In this document: positions 9,207-17,717 of the stretch, piece by piece
Numbering within the stretch: position 1 is the stretch's first letter
Layout: each line of letters begins with the position of its first letter
Program-made: the position numbers and the translations under genes
Notes under the pieces: model-generated
What the model saw: only the letters and a program-made list of their open reading frames with translations
Databases searched by the model: none
Told to the model about the DNA's origin: nothing
NCBI GenBank assembly: GCA_045863235.1
Contig: BTUM01000023.1
Coordinates: forward strand, 1-64,000
Reading direction: 5' to 3'
DNA from: Candidatus Xenobia bacterium
GTDB lineage: Bacteria > Vulcanimicrobiota > Xenobia > Xenobiales > QWHO01
DNA: 64,000 nt

Positions 9207-10828
9207 GCGGTCTCTTGAGCCCGGCGCAACACCTCCGCGTTGCCGGCCAGCTTGGATTGGGCCGAGCCTACCTCCTGGGCTTCGGAGATGCGGGCCACCA
9301 CCTGGTAGAGATCCTGACCCCGCGCGCGAGCGCTGCTCAGGCAATCGGCCAGGCGCTCGGCCAGCTCCTCGGCCCGCAGCTCACGCTCCGCGCCCAGCAC
9401 CCGCACCAGGGTGGCGGCCGCGTTCCAGTTGTCGAAGGCGGCCAGCTCCGGCAGGATGCGCTTGAGGGCGCGGGCGCGCTCGCTGCCGGTGGCCCGCTCG
9501 AGCTTGCGGCAGAAGGCCTGGGCCAGGCGCAAACCGGCCTCGGTGGGCAGGTGGTGGCGCTGCATCAGCTCGAGCAGGCTGCAGGCGGGACGCGCCAGCT
9601 TGGCTTCGCTCTCGCCCAGGGCGTGCACCAGCCGGGCCACGTCGTCGAGCTCCAGCCCGCGCCTGGTGGCGCGCTGCAGCAGGCTGTCGGTGAGAGCGTC
9701 CTCGGCCGCCTCGACCCGGCGCGGGGGCAGCACCAGCTTGAGCAGGGCCGCGGCCATGTCCCGGGCGTGATTGCGCGGCACCAGGTGGCGGGCCGCCAGC
9801 GAGGCCCGCTGGCGTTTCTCGGGGTCAAGATAGGGCTCCAGGGCGTCTTGCAGGGCGGCCGGGGTCAGGTCGGCCAGCAGGCTGCCGGCCCCCGCCTCCA
9901 CCGCCCGACGGGCTCGCTCCGCCTGCTGATCGGCGATCTTGGGCTGGGGCAGAAACACGGCCGGCAGGCCGGCCAGCCACAGCTCGGCGCAGGTGTTGTA
10001 GCCTGCGGCCGTGAGGGCCAGGTCGCAGCCGGGCAGGTAGACCGCGCTGCCCCAGTCGCGCAGCCAGGTGACGTGGGAAGCGTGGATGCTGCGCCCGCGA
10101 TAGAGCGGACCGGCCGCCACCACCAGGTGAAAGCGGGGATAGCTCGCCAGCTCGTCGCAAAGCCAGGTCAGGGTGGCCTCGGCCTGCTCGTCCCCGCCGC
10201 CCCCGGCCGAGCAGTAGAGAGCCAGCTTGCCCTCGGGGATGCCCAGCCTCTGGCGCGCCTGCTCGCGGGGCAGCATTTCGTGGGGCTCGCGCACCGCCAC
10301 CGGACCGAAGAAGCGCGTCCGGCTCTTGACGCCCTCGGGCAGGGGTAGCTTCGTGCCCGGCGGCTCGGGCACCAGGATGGCGTCATAGAGCGGCAGCATG
10401 GCCGCAAAATCAGGCTTCTGGGCGAACTCCGGTTTGACCGGCCGGTAGATGAAGGCCCGCTGGCGGCAAAGGTCCAGGGCCGAGAGCAGCTCGCCGAAGG
10501 AGCCCCGGGGGAAGGTGTCCACCACCAGCAGATCGGGGCGGATCAAGCCCAGCGAATGCCACACCCACTGCTTGGCCAGGGCCAGGTAGGTCAGCTTGTC
10601 GATGCCGGTCTCGCCCACCACGGTCTTGGAGGGCAGCTTGAAGCTGGCGAACCTCTCCTGGAACAACAGCCCGTCCGCTTCGCTGGAGGTCAGGAAGTAG
10701 ATCTCGGCCCGGGCTCCGGAGAAGGCGGCGTAGCGGCGCACCCAGCGGTTGACGGCCACCAGCCGGGCCAGGTGGCCCACTCCCGCCCCGTTGACGGCGT
10801 AGTTGACGATGCGCAGGGTGTGGGACAT
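9194..10828 (-). CDS. GT-B glycosyltransferase (MurG/GT28/SpsG-like) with helical C-terminal extension
   Basis: NGAGVGHLAR, DLLVVDTFPRG, SAGGGG, AAGYNT, DQQAERA motifs. Confidence 0.8.
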   Translation of the reverse strand: MSHTLRIVNYAVNGAGVGHLARLVAVNRWVRRYAAFSGARAEIYFLTSSEADGLLFQERFASFKLPSKTVVGETGIDKLTYLALAKQWVWHSLGLIRPDLLVVDTFPRGSFGELLSALDLCRQRAFIYRPVKPEFAQKPDFAAMLPLYDAILVPEPPGTKLPLPEGVKSRTRFFGPVAVREPHEMLPREQARQRLGIPEGKLALYCSAGGGGDEQAEATLTWLCDELASYPRFHLVVAAGPLYRGRSIHASHVTWLRDWGSAVYLPGCDLALTAAGYNTCAELWLAGLPAVFLPQPKIADQQAERARRAVEAGAGSLLADLTPAALQDALEPYLDPEKRQRASLAARHLVPRNHARDMAAALLKLVLPPRRVEAAEDALTDSLLQRATRRGLELDDVARLVHALGESEAKLARPACSLLELMQRHHLPTEAGLRLAQAFCRKLERATGSERARALKRILPELAAFDNWNAAATLVRVLGAERELRAEELAERLADCLSSARARGQDLYQVVARISEAQEVGSAQSKLAGNAEVLRRAQETACPA

Positions 10829-12117
10829 CAGGACGCGTCGTAGTAGCTGGTCGAGCTGCTGGAGCTGACGCTGGCCGCCGCCGCCTCCGAGTCGTCGCGT
10901 CGCCGGCGTTCGTAGCGGTAGCCGGGATGGCGCTGGTAGTACTGCTGCACCTCAGGCATGAAATTTCCGTCGATCTGGCCGTCGGTGACCAGATCCCACC
11001 ACAGGAAGTTCTCGGCCAGGCTGCCCCGGTCGTAGTCGTCGAAGACGTAGATGGTCTCCACCGTGTTGCCGTAGCGGTCGAGCCGCTTTCGGACCTTTTC
11101 GCGCCGGTGGGCAAAACGACTCTGGAAGGCGGCCTCGGGAAAGCGCACGTAGGCGTTCTTGGGGCGGCTGTATTTCCAGTAGTCTTTCTGGAGCTTCTCC
11201 TTCTCCTTGTTCAGGTCGTTGAGCAGGGCCGTGAGCACCAGCTCGTTGGCGCGCTCGAGGTAGCGCACCTGCTCTTGCAGACCGGCCCAGCGCTTGGCCA
11301 TGGTCTCCAGCTCGGGATGGCGCTCGAGCCGCGTGGCCAGGGCCCCTTCGGGGCAGTCGGCCAGGAACTGGCCCAGGCTCTTGCGGGCCTCGTCCAGGTG
11401 CAGGGCCTCCAGGTTGGCCAGGCGGTAGGTGGCGTCGTTGTACTCGGTCTCCAGCTTGACTCCGGCATCCCATTCGCGCTGCAGCTCCTGCAGGCGCGGG
11501 TCGAGGTCGGCCAGGGCCCGAGAGTTCTCCAGATACTCCTCGCGCAGCTCCTTGAAGGACTTCTTGTCGGGGAAGAGCTCCATCACCTCGTCGCCGGCCT
11601 TCCAGTCGAGGTAGTAGGAGACCCGCCAGAAGCCCACCTTGTAGTCGGAGGTGCCGTAGCCCACCTCGATGAGGTGCTCGAAGCGCTTGTTGGTGCGGCA
11701 CTTCTCCACCAGCGGAGAGAGGGCCTTGCGATGCTCGTTGATACGCTGCATGGCCAGGGTCAGCTCGCCCGAGTCGGGGTGGCGTAGCCGCTCGCGATCC
11801 AGGAAGCGGTCGTCGGCTTCGATCTGGGCGACTCGTTCCTGCAATTTCCGCCGATCCTGGTGCATGGCCTCGATCAAACCGGCATTGAGGGGTTGAAAGC
11901 CCGTGATGGCGCGGGCCCGATCCAGCGCCTCGGGGGTGAAGGCGGTCAGGATCGTGCTCACCAGCTCCTTTTCGGCCTGGTCGCGCCGAGCCGTCAGATC
12001 GGTCTTGCGCTCGAAGTGCTGGCGGGCTTTCTGCTGCACCTCCAGCAGCTCTTGCTCGATCTCGGCGTTGCGCTGCTGGGCGGCCCGCTGGAAATCGGCG
12101 ACGGAGTAGGTGCTCAT
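10828..12117 (-). CDS. coiled-coil hypothetical protein
   Basis: Charged heptad-rich sequence; overlaps both neighbours; strong codon bias. Confidence 0.8.
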   Translation of the reverse strand: MSTYSVADFQRAAQQRNAEIEQELLEVQQKARQHFERKTDLTARRDQAEKELVSTILTAFTPEALDRARAITGFQPLNAGLIEAMHQDRRKLQERVAQIEADDRFLDRERLRHPDSGELTLAMQRINEHRKALSPLVEKCRTNKRFEHLIEVGYGTSDYKVGFWRVSYYLDWKAGDEVMELFPDKKSFKELREEYLENSRALADLDPRLQELQREWDAGVKLETEYNDATYRLANLEALHLDEARKSLGQFLADCPEGALATRLERHPELETMAKRWAGLQEQVRYLERANELVLTALLNDLNKEKEKLQKDYWKYSRPKNAYVRFPEAAFQSRFAHRREKVRKRLDRYGNTVETIYVFDDYDRGSLAENFLWWDLVTDGQIDGNFMPEVQQYYQRHPGYRYERRRRDDSEAAAASVSSSSSTSYYDAS

Positions 12118-12443
12118 CGGCGCTTGCCGACCTCCTCCAGAAAGCGCCTGGCGGCCAGCTCGAGATCGGCCTCATCGGGAGCGTCCACCTCGTCCACGAG
12201 CAGCACGAAGGCCTGGCCGCTCTCGGCCTGCTCCTCCAGGGCGGCCACCACATCGGCGGACAACTCCGCACGGTCGCCGGCGGCTGAGGTCAAGAACTCG
12301 TAGCCCACCCGGCGCGCCGGGTCGAACCCGTCCAGCCGGATGATCCTGCCGGCCACCTCATAGGGGTGATTCTCGGCGATCTGGTAGCCGGCGCTCTCGA
12401 AGTGCCGCTTGAGGAGGGCGCTGCCTTTTTGCTCGTCCAACAT
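12114..12443 (-). CDS. small hypothetical protein, possible restriction-endonuclease-like fold
   Basis: ATG at 12443; IRLDGFDPARRVGYEF resembles a PD-(D/E)XK/Vsr-like core. Confidence 0.55.
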   Translation of the reverse strand: MLDEQKGSALLKRHFESAGYQIAENHPYEVAGRIIRLDGFDPARRVGYEFLTSAAGDRAELSADVVAALEEQAESGQAFVLLVDEVDAPDEADLELAARRFLEEVGKRR

Positions 12444-12481
12444 CGGACGAACGGCCTTCGAGGGGGGCGGGGGAGGGCCCT

Positions 12482-12763
12482 TTAGGAGCGCGGCGGGAAA
12501 CCCCTTTACACGGTTTTTCGGCTGCGCGACGCCCGACATATTGTGCTAGAAGTCCGGGCGCCTGCAACATCTTGTGGTGGCGGAGGCGGGGGTAGGGGCC
12601 CCCGAGAGCGTAGCTCCTCTCGACACCGCATCGGGTTTGCGTCCGGACTTCTAGGAGCGCAGCCGGAAACCCCCTTGACACAGTTTTCCGGCTGCGCGAC
12701 GCCCAACATATTGTGCTAGAAGTCCGGCCGCCTACCACATGGGGGTTGCGGCCGGACTTCTAG
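12482..12763. repeat. composite palindromic repeat (REP/BIME-like): two ~80-bp direct copies with CTAGAAGTCCGG/CCGGACTTCTAG inverted repeats
   Basis: Direct copies start ~12482 and ~12651; IR pairs 12546-12557/12643-12654 and 12716-12731/12748-12763. Confidence 0.85.
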
Positions 12764-13392
12764 CCGCCCGAGGCCAGACCCGACTGCAGCGCCTGGGACG
12801 CCTTGAGCAGCTCGGTGGTCGACAACCCGTGCTTCTTGGCAAAGTCGGCGATCTTGCGGGCCGTCCGGATCTGCTCGGTGGTGGACTTGCCAGGAGGCCC
12901 CGCCAGCCTGCGCTCGGGCTCGAGCGCGAGCGTTTGAGCCAGCCCGTCCTTGAGCATGGGGCCATAGAGCTTGAGCAGGTCGGCTCCGGGGGTCTCCTTG
13001 CCCTGGAACAGCTTCTGCAGGGGCACGAAGGCCTTCCGCATCCGCTCCGGGTTGGGGGCGTGGGACACCTCGTTGATGCCCACCGCGAACTCCACCATCA
13101 GGTTCAGCACCTGGTCGGCCTTCAGCTGGTAGCGCGGGCTGAGGGCGGTGATGTCATCGAGCACCTGACCCACCGGAGCGGGCAATTGCTCACCCGGGCC
13201 CAGCACCCTGGTCTTGTAGGGCTCGAGCGCCACAAAGGCCTTCTCGGCCTTGTTGGTCAGCGCATCCCGGTCGGCCTGGCTCAGGCCCAGAGTGGCCGCC
13301 TGGGCGGCGATGCGGTCGGTCGCCTCCTCGGCGCGGGCACCGAGCATGAGACCAAAAAGGAGAATGAGTGCAATGGCAGATCGGATAACCAT
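12760..13392 (-). CDS. secreted hypothetical protein
   Basis: Signal-peptide-like MVIRSAIALILLFGLMLGARA. Confidence 0.7.
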   Translation of the reverse strand: MVIRSAIALILLFGLMLGARAEEATDRIAAQAATLGLSQADRDALTNKAEKAFVALEPYKTRVLGPGEQLPAPVGQVLDDITALSPRYQLKADQVLNLMVEFAVGINEVSHAPNPERMRKAFVPLQKLFQGKETPGADLLKLYGPMLKDGLAQTLALEPERRLAGPPGKSTTEQIRTARKIADFAKKHGLSTTELLKASQALQSGLASGG

Positions 13393-13437
13393 AGTCAAAT
13401 CAGGTTAGCTCTCGGAAGGCGAATCCCTGCCCCTGCG

Positions 13438-15765
13438 CTACCAGAGCCCGGCCCGGCGCCCCTGGTCGAAGGCCATCGGGGCTCCGGGCGCGAGCGCAAA
13501 AGCGGCCGCGAAGGCGGGCATGTTGCGGGCTGCGTTGTTGACCCGGAACTCGTTGGCCGGGTGCTGAGAGTCCGGGTCACGCTCGCGCAGCGAGCCGTCG
13601 CGACGGGACATGCTGGTGGCGAAGTTCAGGAAGAAGCGCTGCTCGGGTGTGAGTCCCTCTTTCAGGGTGCGGTCCTGGTTGCGCTGCAAGAAGGCCTCGT
13701 AGGCCACCGACAGGCCGGTCAGGTCGGCCGAGGACTCGTTGAGGAACGAGGCGCGGTTGCGCTCGCCGAAGGCCGGTTCGAACTGGAGCAGCTGGCGCTC
13801 GACGCCCTGCAGCTTCATCTCGAATACCTGGCGGTCCTGAGGGGGCAGCCAGTCGCGCTGGGCGCCGCTGCCGTCGTGGCGGGTGCCAGAGTTCTCGAAG
13901 CCATGGCCCACTTCGTGTCCCATGGTATAGCCGAGCACCCCGTAGAGCTCGGCCGGCTCGGGGGACCCATCCAGCCGGGGGTCGAGCAGGTAGGCGCCGG
14001 TCACGACGACCGCGTTGGTCTTGGGCATGTGGTAGGCGTTCACCAGGTCGGTGCGCCCCCAGCCATACAGAGAAGGGTCGCAATTGAAGACTTTGCTCGC
14101 GTGCAGGCCCTTGATCCGCATCACGTTCTCGAGATGGCGGTCGGGCTGGATCGCGACCGCCAGGGGCTCGAAGCCTGCTGAGGGAGCCCCCACCTCCAAT
14201 CGCATGCTCTCCAGCTTGTCCAGCGCCGCCTGGCGGGCTTCCGGGGTATACCAGGTGGCGTTGCGAATGCGCTCTCGGAAGACGTTGCGCACGTCATCGA
14301 AGACCTGCTCGGCCAGCTTGCGCTTCTCGGGAGTCACCGCCTTCTCGGCGAAGCGCTGCTGCAGCAGGGTCTGGAGATAGCCTTTCGTCTGGCTTTCGGC
14401 CGACTGGTCAAAGTAGAGCTGCAGGCGCCGATTGGACCTGTCGTGCGCCTCGCTGAGCTCGGAAGTGAGGTCGGAAGCCAGGTTGCTGACCACCGAGTAG
14501 CGCAGGAACTGCTTGAGGTCTTCCAGCGGCAGCTGGCGCAGCCGCTCGGAGAGCGATTCGAGGTGCCGGGGAGCGGTCATCAGCACGTCCGTGGGAGTCT
14601 GGTAGGCCGACCAGCCCAGCTGCGGATCGAGCTCCTGCACCCTCTGGAGGCGCACGTCGTGGCTGCGCGTATTGGGGTCGTACTGGAAGGTGCAGTCGGC
14701 CCCGGCCAGTTGGAAGGCCGCCTGGGAGGCGCGCTGGGCGTTCTTGGCGGCCGTCTCGGGCGAGTCGCCGGCTGCCTCGAGCAGCCCGGCGGCGTAGCTT
14801 GCGAACTTGCGGTCGTGGATGGCCCGGTTGAGATCGCTGCCCGGGCGGTCGCGGTTGGGCATCAGGCTGAAGCGGAGCGAGCCGTCTTGCATGGGGTAGA
14901 GGTCGGGCGTGAGCAGGGTGGGGATGCCCTGCCGGTGGAGCATGGATAGGACCGGGCCCAGCTGGCTGTGGTCCTGCATGGCTTCGACCTGCTCGAGCAG
15001 CGGCCTGACCTGGCTGAGGCCGAGCTGGTCGCGCAGCTTCAGGTCGGAGGCCGCCCGGTGGAAGTCTTGCACTTTCTGCTCGGGACTGCCCGGCCGGGGC
15101 TTGGGAGCTGTGAGCATCTCGCTGAAAACAGCGTCGGAGAGCGCTCGAGCCTGCTTGCTGCTGACTTCGTAGCGGTGACCTTCGCTAAAGCCGAGCAGGC
15201 TGCGCCAGAACCTGTTGACCCGACCGTTGGCGTACTCGAAGAAGTTGTGGCCAGGATCCTCTTTGCCCAGCTTCTGGCGCACGGCCGGGCCGGGCTCCTC
15301 GCGAGCCGGCACCATGGAGAGCAGGCTGGTCTGATAAGACTGCGCCGCCAGCGGGTCCTCCAGCGTCACCAACCGCAGCACGTTGCCGGCCGGCTGGCTC
15401 TGAGGCTCGCTGAGGCCGGCGATGGCACTCAGGTAGAGGTGGCCCACCTCGGCCCGGGGCTTGAGGTCGCTCTGGGCCTGCATGGCTTTCACCGCCACCT
15501 CGGCCAGGGCCACCGAGAGAGGACCGCTCACCCCCTGGCTGATGGCCTGCAGGGTGGCGCTCCGGGCAGCCCGGGCCGCCAAGGTCTGGCTGTTGGGGAG
15601 GGCCAGGGCCACCCTGGCCAGCACCTGCTGCTTGGGAGCGCCTCCGGAGGCCAGGCTCTGCAGTTGAGCCACATCCTCGGGCAGCACCGTGGGCGTCGGA
15701 GGCGCTGCCAGCCGGGGTGGAGAGGGAGATTTTCCAACCGGATCAGGGCCCAGGGGGGTCAGCAC
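13438..15765 (-). CDS. M13 (neprilysin/PepO) family metallopeptidase with N-terminal extension
   Basis: VNAYH, GHEVGHGF (HExxH), NESSADLTG, HPANEFRVN. Confidence 0.85.
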   Translation of the reverse strand: MLTPLGPDPVGKSPSPPRLAAPPTPTVLPEDVAQLQSLASGGAPKQQVLARVALALPNSQTLAARAARSATLQAISQGVSGPLSVALAEVAVKAMQAQSDLKPRAEVGHLYLSAIAGLSEPQSQPAGNVLRLVTLEDPLAAQSYQTSLLSMVPAREEPGPAVRQKLGKEDPGHNFFEYANGRVNRFWRSLLGFSEGHRYEVSSKQARALSDAVFSEMLTAPKPRPGSPEQKVQDFHRAASDLKLRDQLGLSQVRPLLEQVEAMQDHSQLGPVLSMLHRQGIPTLLTPDLYPMQDGSLRFSLMPNRDRPGSDLNRAIHDRKFASYAAGLLEAAGDSPETAAKNAQRASQAAFQLAGADCTFQYDPNTRSHDVRLQRVQELDPQLGWSAYQTPTDVLMTAPRHLESLSERLRQLPLEDLKQFLRYSVVSNLASDLTSELSEAHDRSNRRLQLYFDQSAESQTKGYLQTLLQQRFAEKAVTPEKRKLAEQVFDDVRNVFRERIRNATWYTPEARQAALDKLESMRLEVGAPSAGFEPLAVAIQPDRHLENVMRIKGLHASKVFNCDPSLYGWGRTDLVNAYHMPKTNAVVVTGAYLLDPRLDGSPEPAELYGVLGYTMGHEVGHGFENSGTRHDGSGAQRDWLPPQDRQVFEMKLQGVERQLLQFEPAFGERNRASFLNESSADLTGLSVAYEAFLQRNQDRTLKEGLTPEQRFFLNFATSMSRRDGSLRERDPDSQHPANEFRVNNAARNMPAFAAAFALAPGAPMAFDQGRRAGLW

Positions 15766-15798
15766 CCTCCCAAGGTTCTGCTCCGGTCGCCTGAATCC

Positions 15799-16803
15799 CT
15801 ACGGTGCGGGGGCCGGCTGCTCGCGTTCGAGGAGATAGAGGACCGAGTGCTGGCTGTCCTGGTTGTCGAGCCAGTGCCAGACCAGCTTGTCGCCGGCGTC
15901 GGAGAGGCGCGGGTTGGTGTTCAGCCCGCCATCCTCCACGGTGACCTGCTGCACGTCCCCGCCCTGCTTGAGGAAGATGTTCACGCGCGAAACCGAGTCG
16001 TCGGCCCGATCGAAGTTGGTCCAGGCGATGACGCTCGCGTCGGCCGACATGCTGGCCCAGGTCTCGTCGGCCAGCCGCTGTCCGGACACGATCTCGACCT
16101 GGTTGCCGTAGTCGAGGTTGGAGAAGTAGATGTCTTCGTCCCCCTTGGCGTTGTCGGTCCAGACCAGCTTGCAACCATCCGGGGTGACCTGAGGGGTGAC
16201 CTGGTCCGACTCGGTGCTGACGACCGGCTTGATGACGCCGTGCTGATCGCGCATCCAGATGTCCGAGTTGCCCGCCGCGAACTCGCGCCAGAAGATGCGG
16301 CTGCCGTCGCCGCTCAGGATGGGAAACTCCTGACTGGTGCCTTCGGCCCCCTCGGTGACCCGTTCCACCTCGCCGTCTTTCCAGCGCTCGATGCGGCACG
16401 GCCCGTAGCTACCGGTCTGGTCGTTGTCCCAGACCACCACCTGGCCGTCTCGCGAGATGCGCGGGGAGAGCTCGTTTCCCTTGGGATCGCAACCAATCTC
16501 CGTCTTCTCGCCGTCTTTCCACATGACCACGTCCCAGCTGCCCTCGCCCCGAGGATCGGGGTTGGAGTAGCGGGTCCAGACCACGGTGCGGCCGTCATAG
16601 GACACGTCCGGATGCATGTCGGCCCGATCGTCCTTGCTCAGACAATCCACCCGACCATCCTGCCAGCGCATCACCTCGAGCTGGCCGTCCACCATCTGGT
16701 TCCAAACCACCGTGGAGCCGTCTCCCGAGATACGCGCCGAGCCGATATGTCCCTCAGCGACTTTGATTAAGCGGCCAGAATGGCCGGGATGCACAACATT
16801 CAT
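15799..16803 (-). CDS. TolB-like/PD40 beta-propeller repeat protein
   Basis: Repeated [PA]xISxDGxxVVW units. Confidence 0.75.
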   Translation of the reverse strand: MNVVHPGHSGRLIKVAEGHIGSARISGDGSTVVWNQMVDGQLEVMRWQDGRVDCLSKDDRADMHPDVSYDGRTVVWTRYSNPDPRGEGSWDVVMWKDGEKTEIGCDPKGNELSPRISRDGQVVVWDNDQTGSYGPCRIERWKDGEVERVTEGAEGTSQEFPILSGDGSRIFWREFAAGNSDIWMRDQHGVIKPVVSTESDQVTPQVTPDGCKLVWTDNAKGDEDIYFSNLDYGNQVEIVSGQRLADETWASMSADASVIAWTNFDRADDSVSRVNIFLKQGGDVQQVTVEDGGLNTNPRLSDAGDKLVWHWLDNQDSQHSVLYLLEREQPAPAP

Positions 16804-16908
16804 AGGATTTCCTCCCCCAGTTCAACCAGGCGCCCTCATCATAGGCAGGTCGACCAGGGGGTATGTTACGGGAAGGTGAACAGATGGACAGGCGTGCAGG
16901 GTGACTGA

Positions 16909-17460
16909 ATGAAATTCAAAGCAATTGTCTGGTTGGCCGTTTTTGTGGTTGCTTGCGGTCCCGGCGAGCAGGTCCAGGTGCAGCGCTATCTGGCCCGGAC
17001 CGACCGCTCGGTGGAAGAGTTCGTGCGCCTGTTTCGTCAGCTCGACGAGCTGGGCGGCAGGCTGCGAGAAGAGCGCGGTGGCTCTCCCTTGACCCGGGCC
17101 CGAGCCGCAGCGCTGGCCTCTTCGCTCGGGCCTCGCCTCAAACAGCTGCGCACAGACCTGGATGTCGCGGCGCAGGGCGTGCGCCACCTGACCCCCCCTC
17201 GCAGCGCCCGGAGGTATTCCGAGATTCTCTGCCAGGGGTTCGCGCACGCCACCAGGGCTCTGCAGTCGGGCGATGAGCTGCTGAGCGAGGTCGGCAGGGG
17301 CGAGCAGGTCAGCCTGACCCATGTGGCCGGCCTCCTGGGCGAGCTGATTCGCTCGCTGGAGCAGACCGGCACGTGCGCCCGCGAAGCCGAGCTCGAGCGC
17401 ATGCGGTTGATCGACGAGTTCCAGCTCCAGACCGGTCCCGATGGACTGGTGCTGGAATAG
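16909..17460 (+). CDS. putative lipoprotein
   Basis: MKFKAIVWLAVFVVAC lipobox-like N-terminus. Confidence 0.55.
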   Translation: MKFKAIVWLAVFVVACGPGEQVQVQRYLARTDRSVEEFVRLFRQLDELGGRLREERGGSPLTRARAAALASSLGPRLKQLRTDLDVAAQGVRHLTPPRSARRYSEILCQGFAHATRALQSGDELLSEVGRGEQVSLTHVAGLLGELIRSLEQTGTCAREAELERMRLIDEFQLQTGPDGLVLE

Positions 17461-17717
17461 CCCCGTCGCTCGCCGTTCATTTTTCGGAAAGAATTCGGCA
17501 ATCGAGCGTTCACCAACCGGAAGCACCCGGTTCACATGCGTGCCGTAGGCTTGGAGTATCGCCCTCCCGGCGTTACCGTTCTCACCGGGCGGTATACCGC
17601 CTGCTCAGCCCGGTAACGCTCCCAGGCCGGTAAGCGCGCGGGGCCGGTCGGCCGGCTCCACCACGGTCAGCCCGGTGACAGCAGGATGAACCTGGCGCCG
17701 GCCCAGAAAGCTGGGCG

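Noticed and set aside
4912..12443. RiPP cluster
   Set aside because: No short precursor peptide, PqqD/RRE domain or peptidase-transporter seen in the operon
12482..12763. Possible CRISPR array
   Set aside because: Only two long imperfect copies, no regular repeat-spacer period, no cas genes; modules recur singly elsewhere
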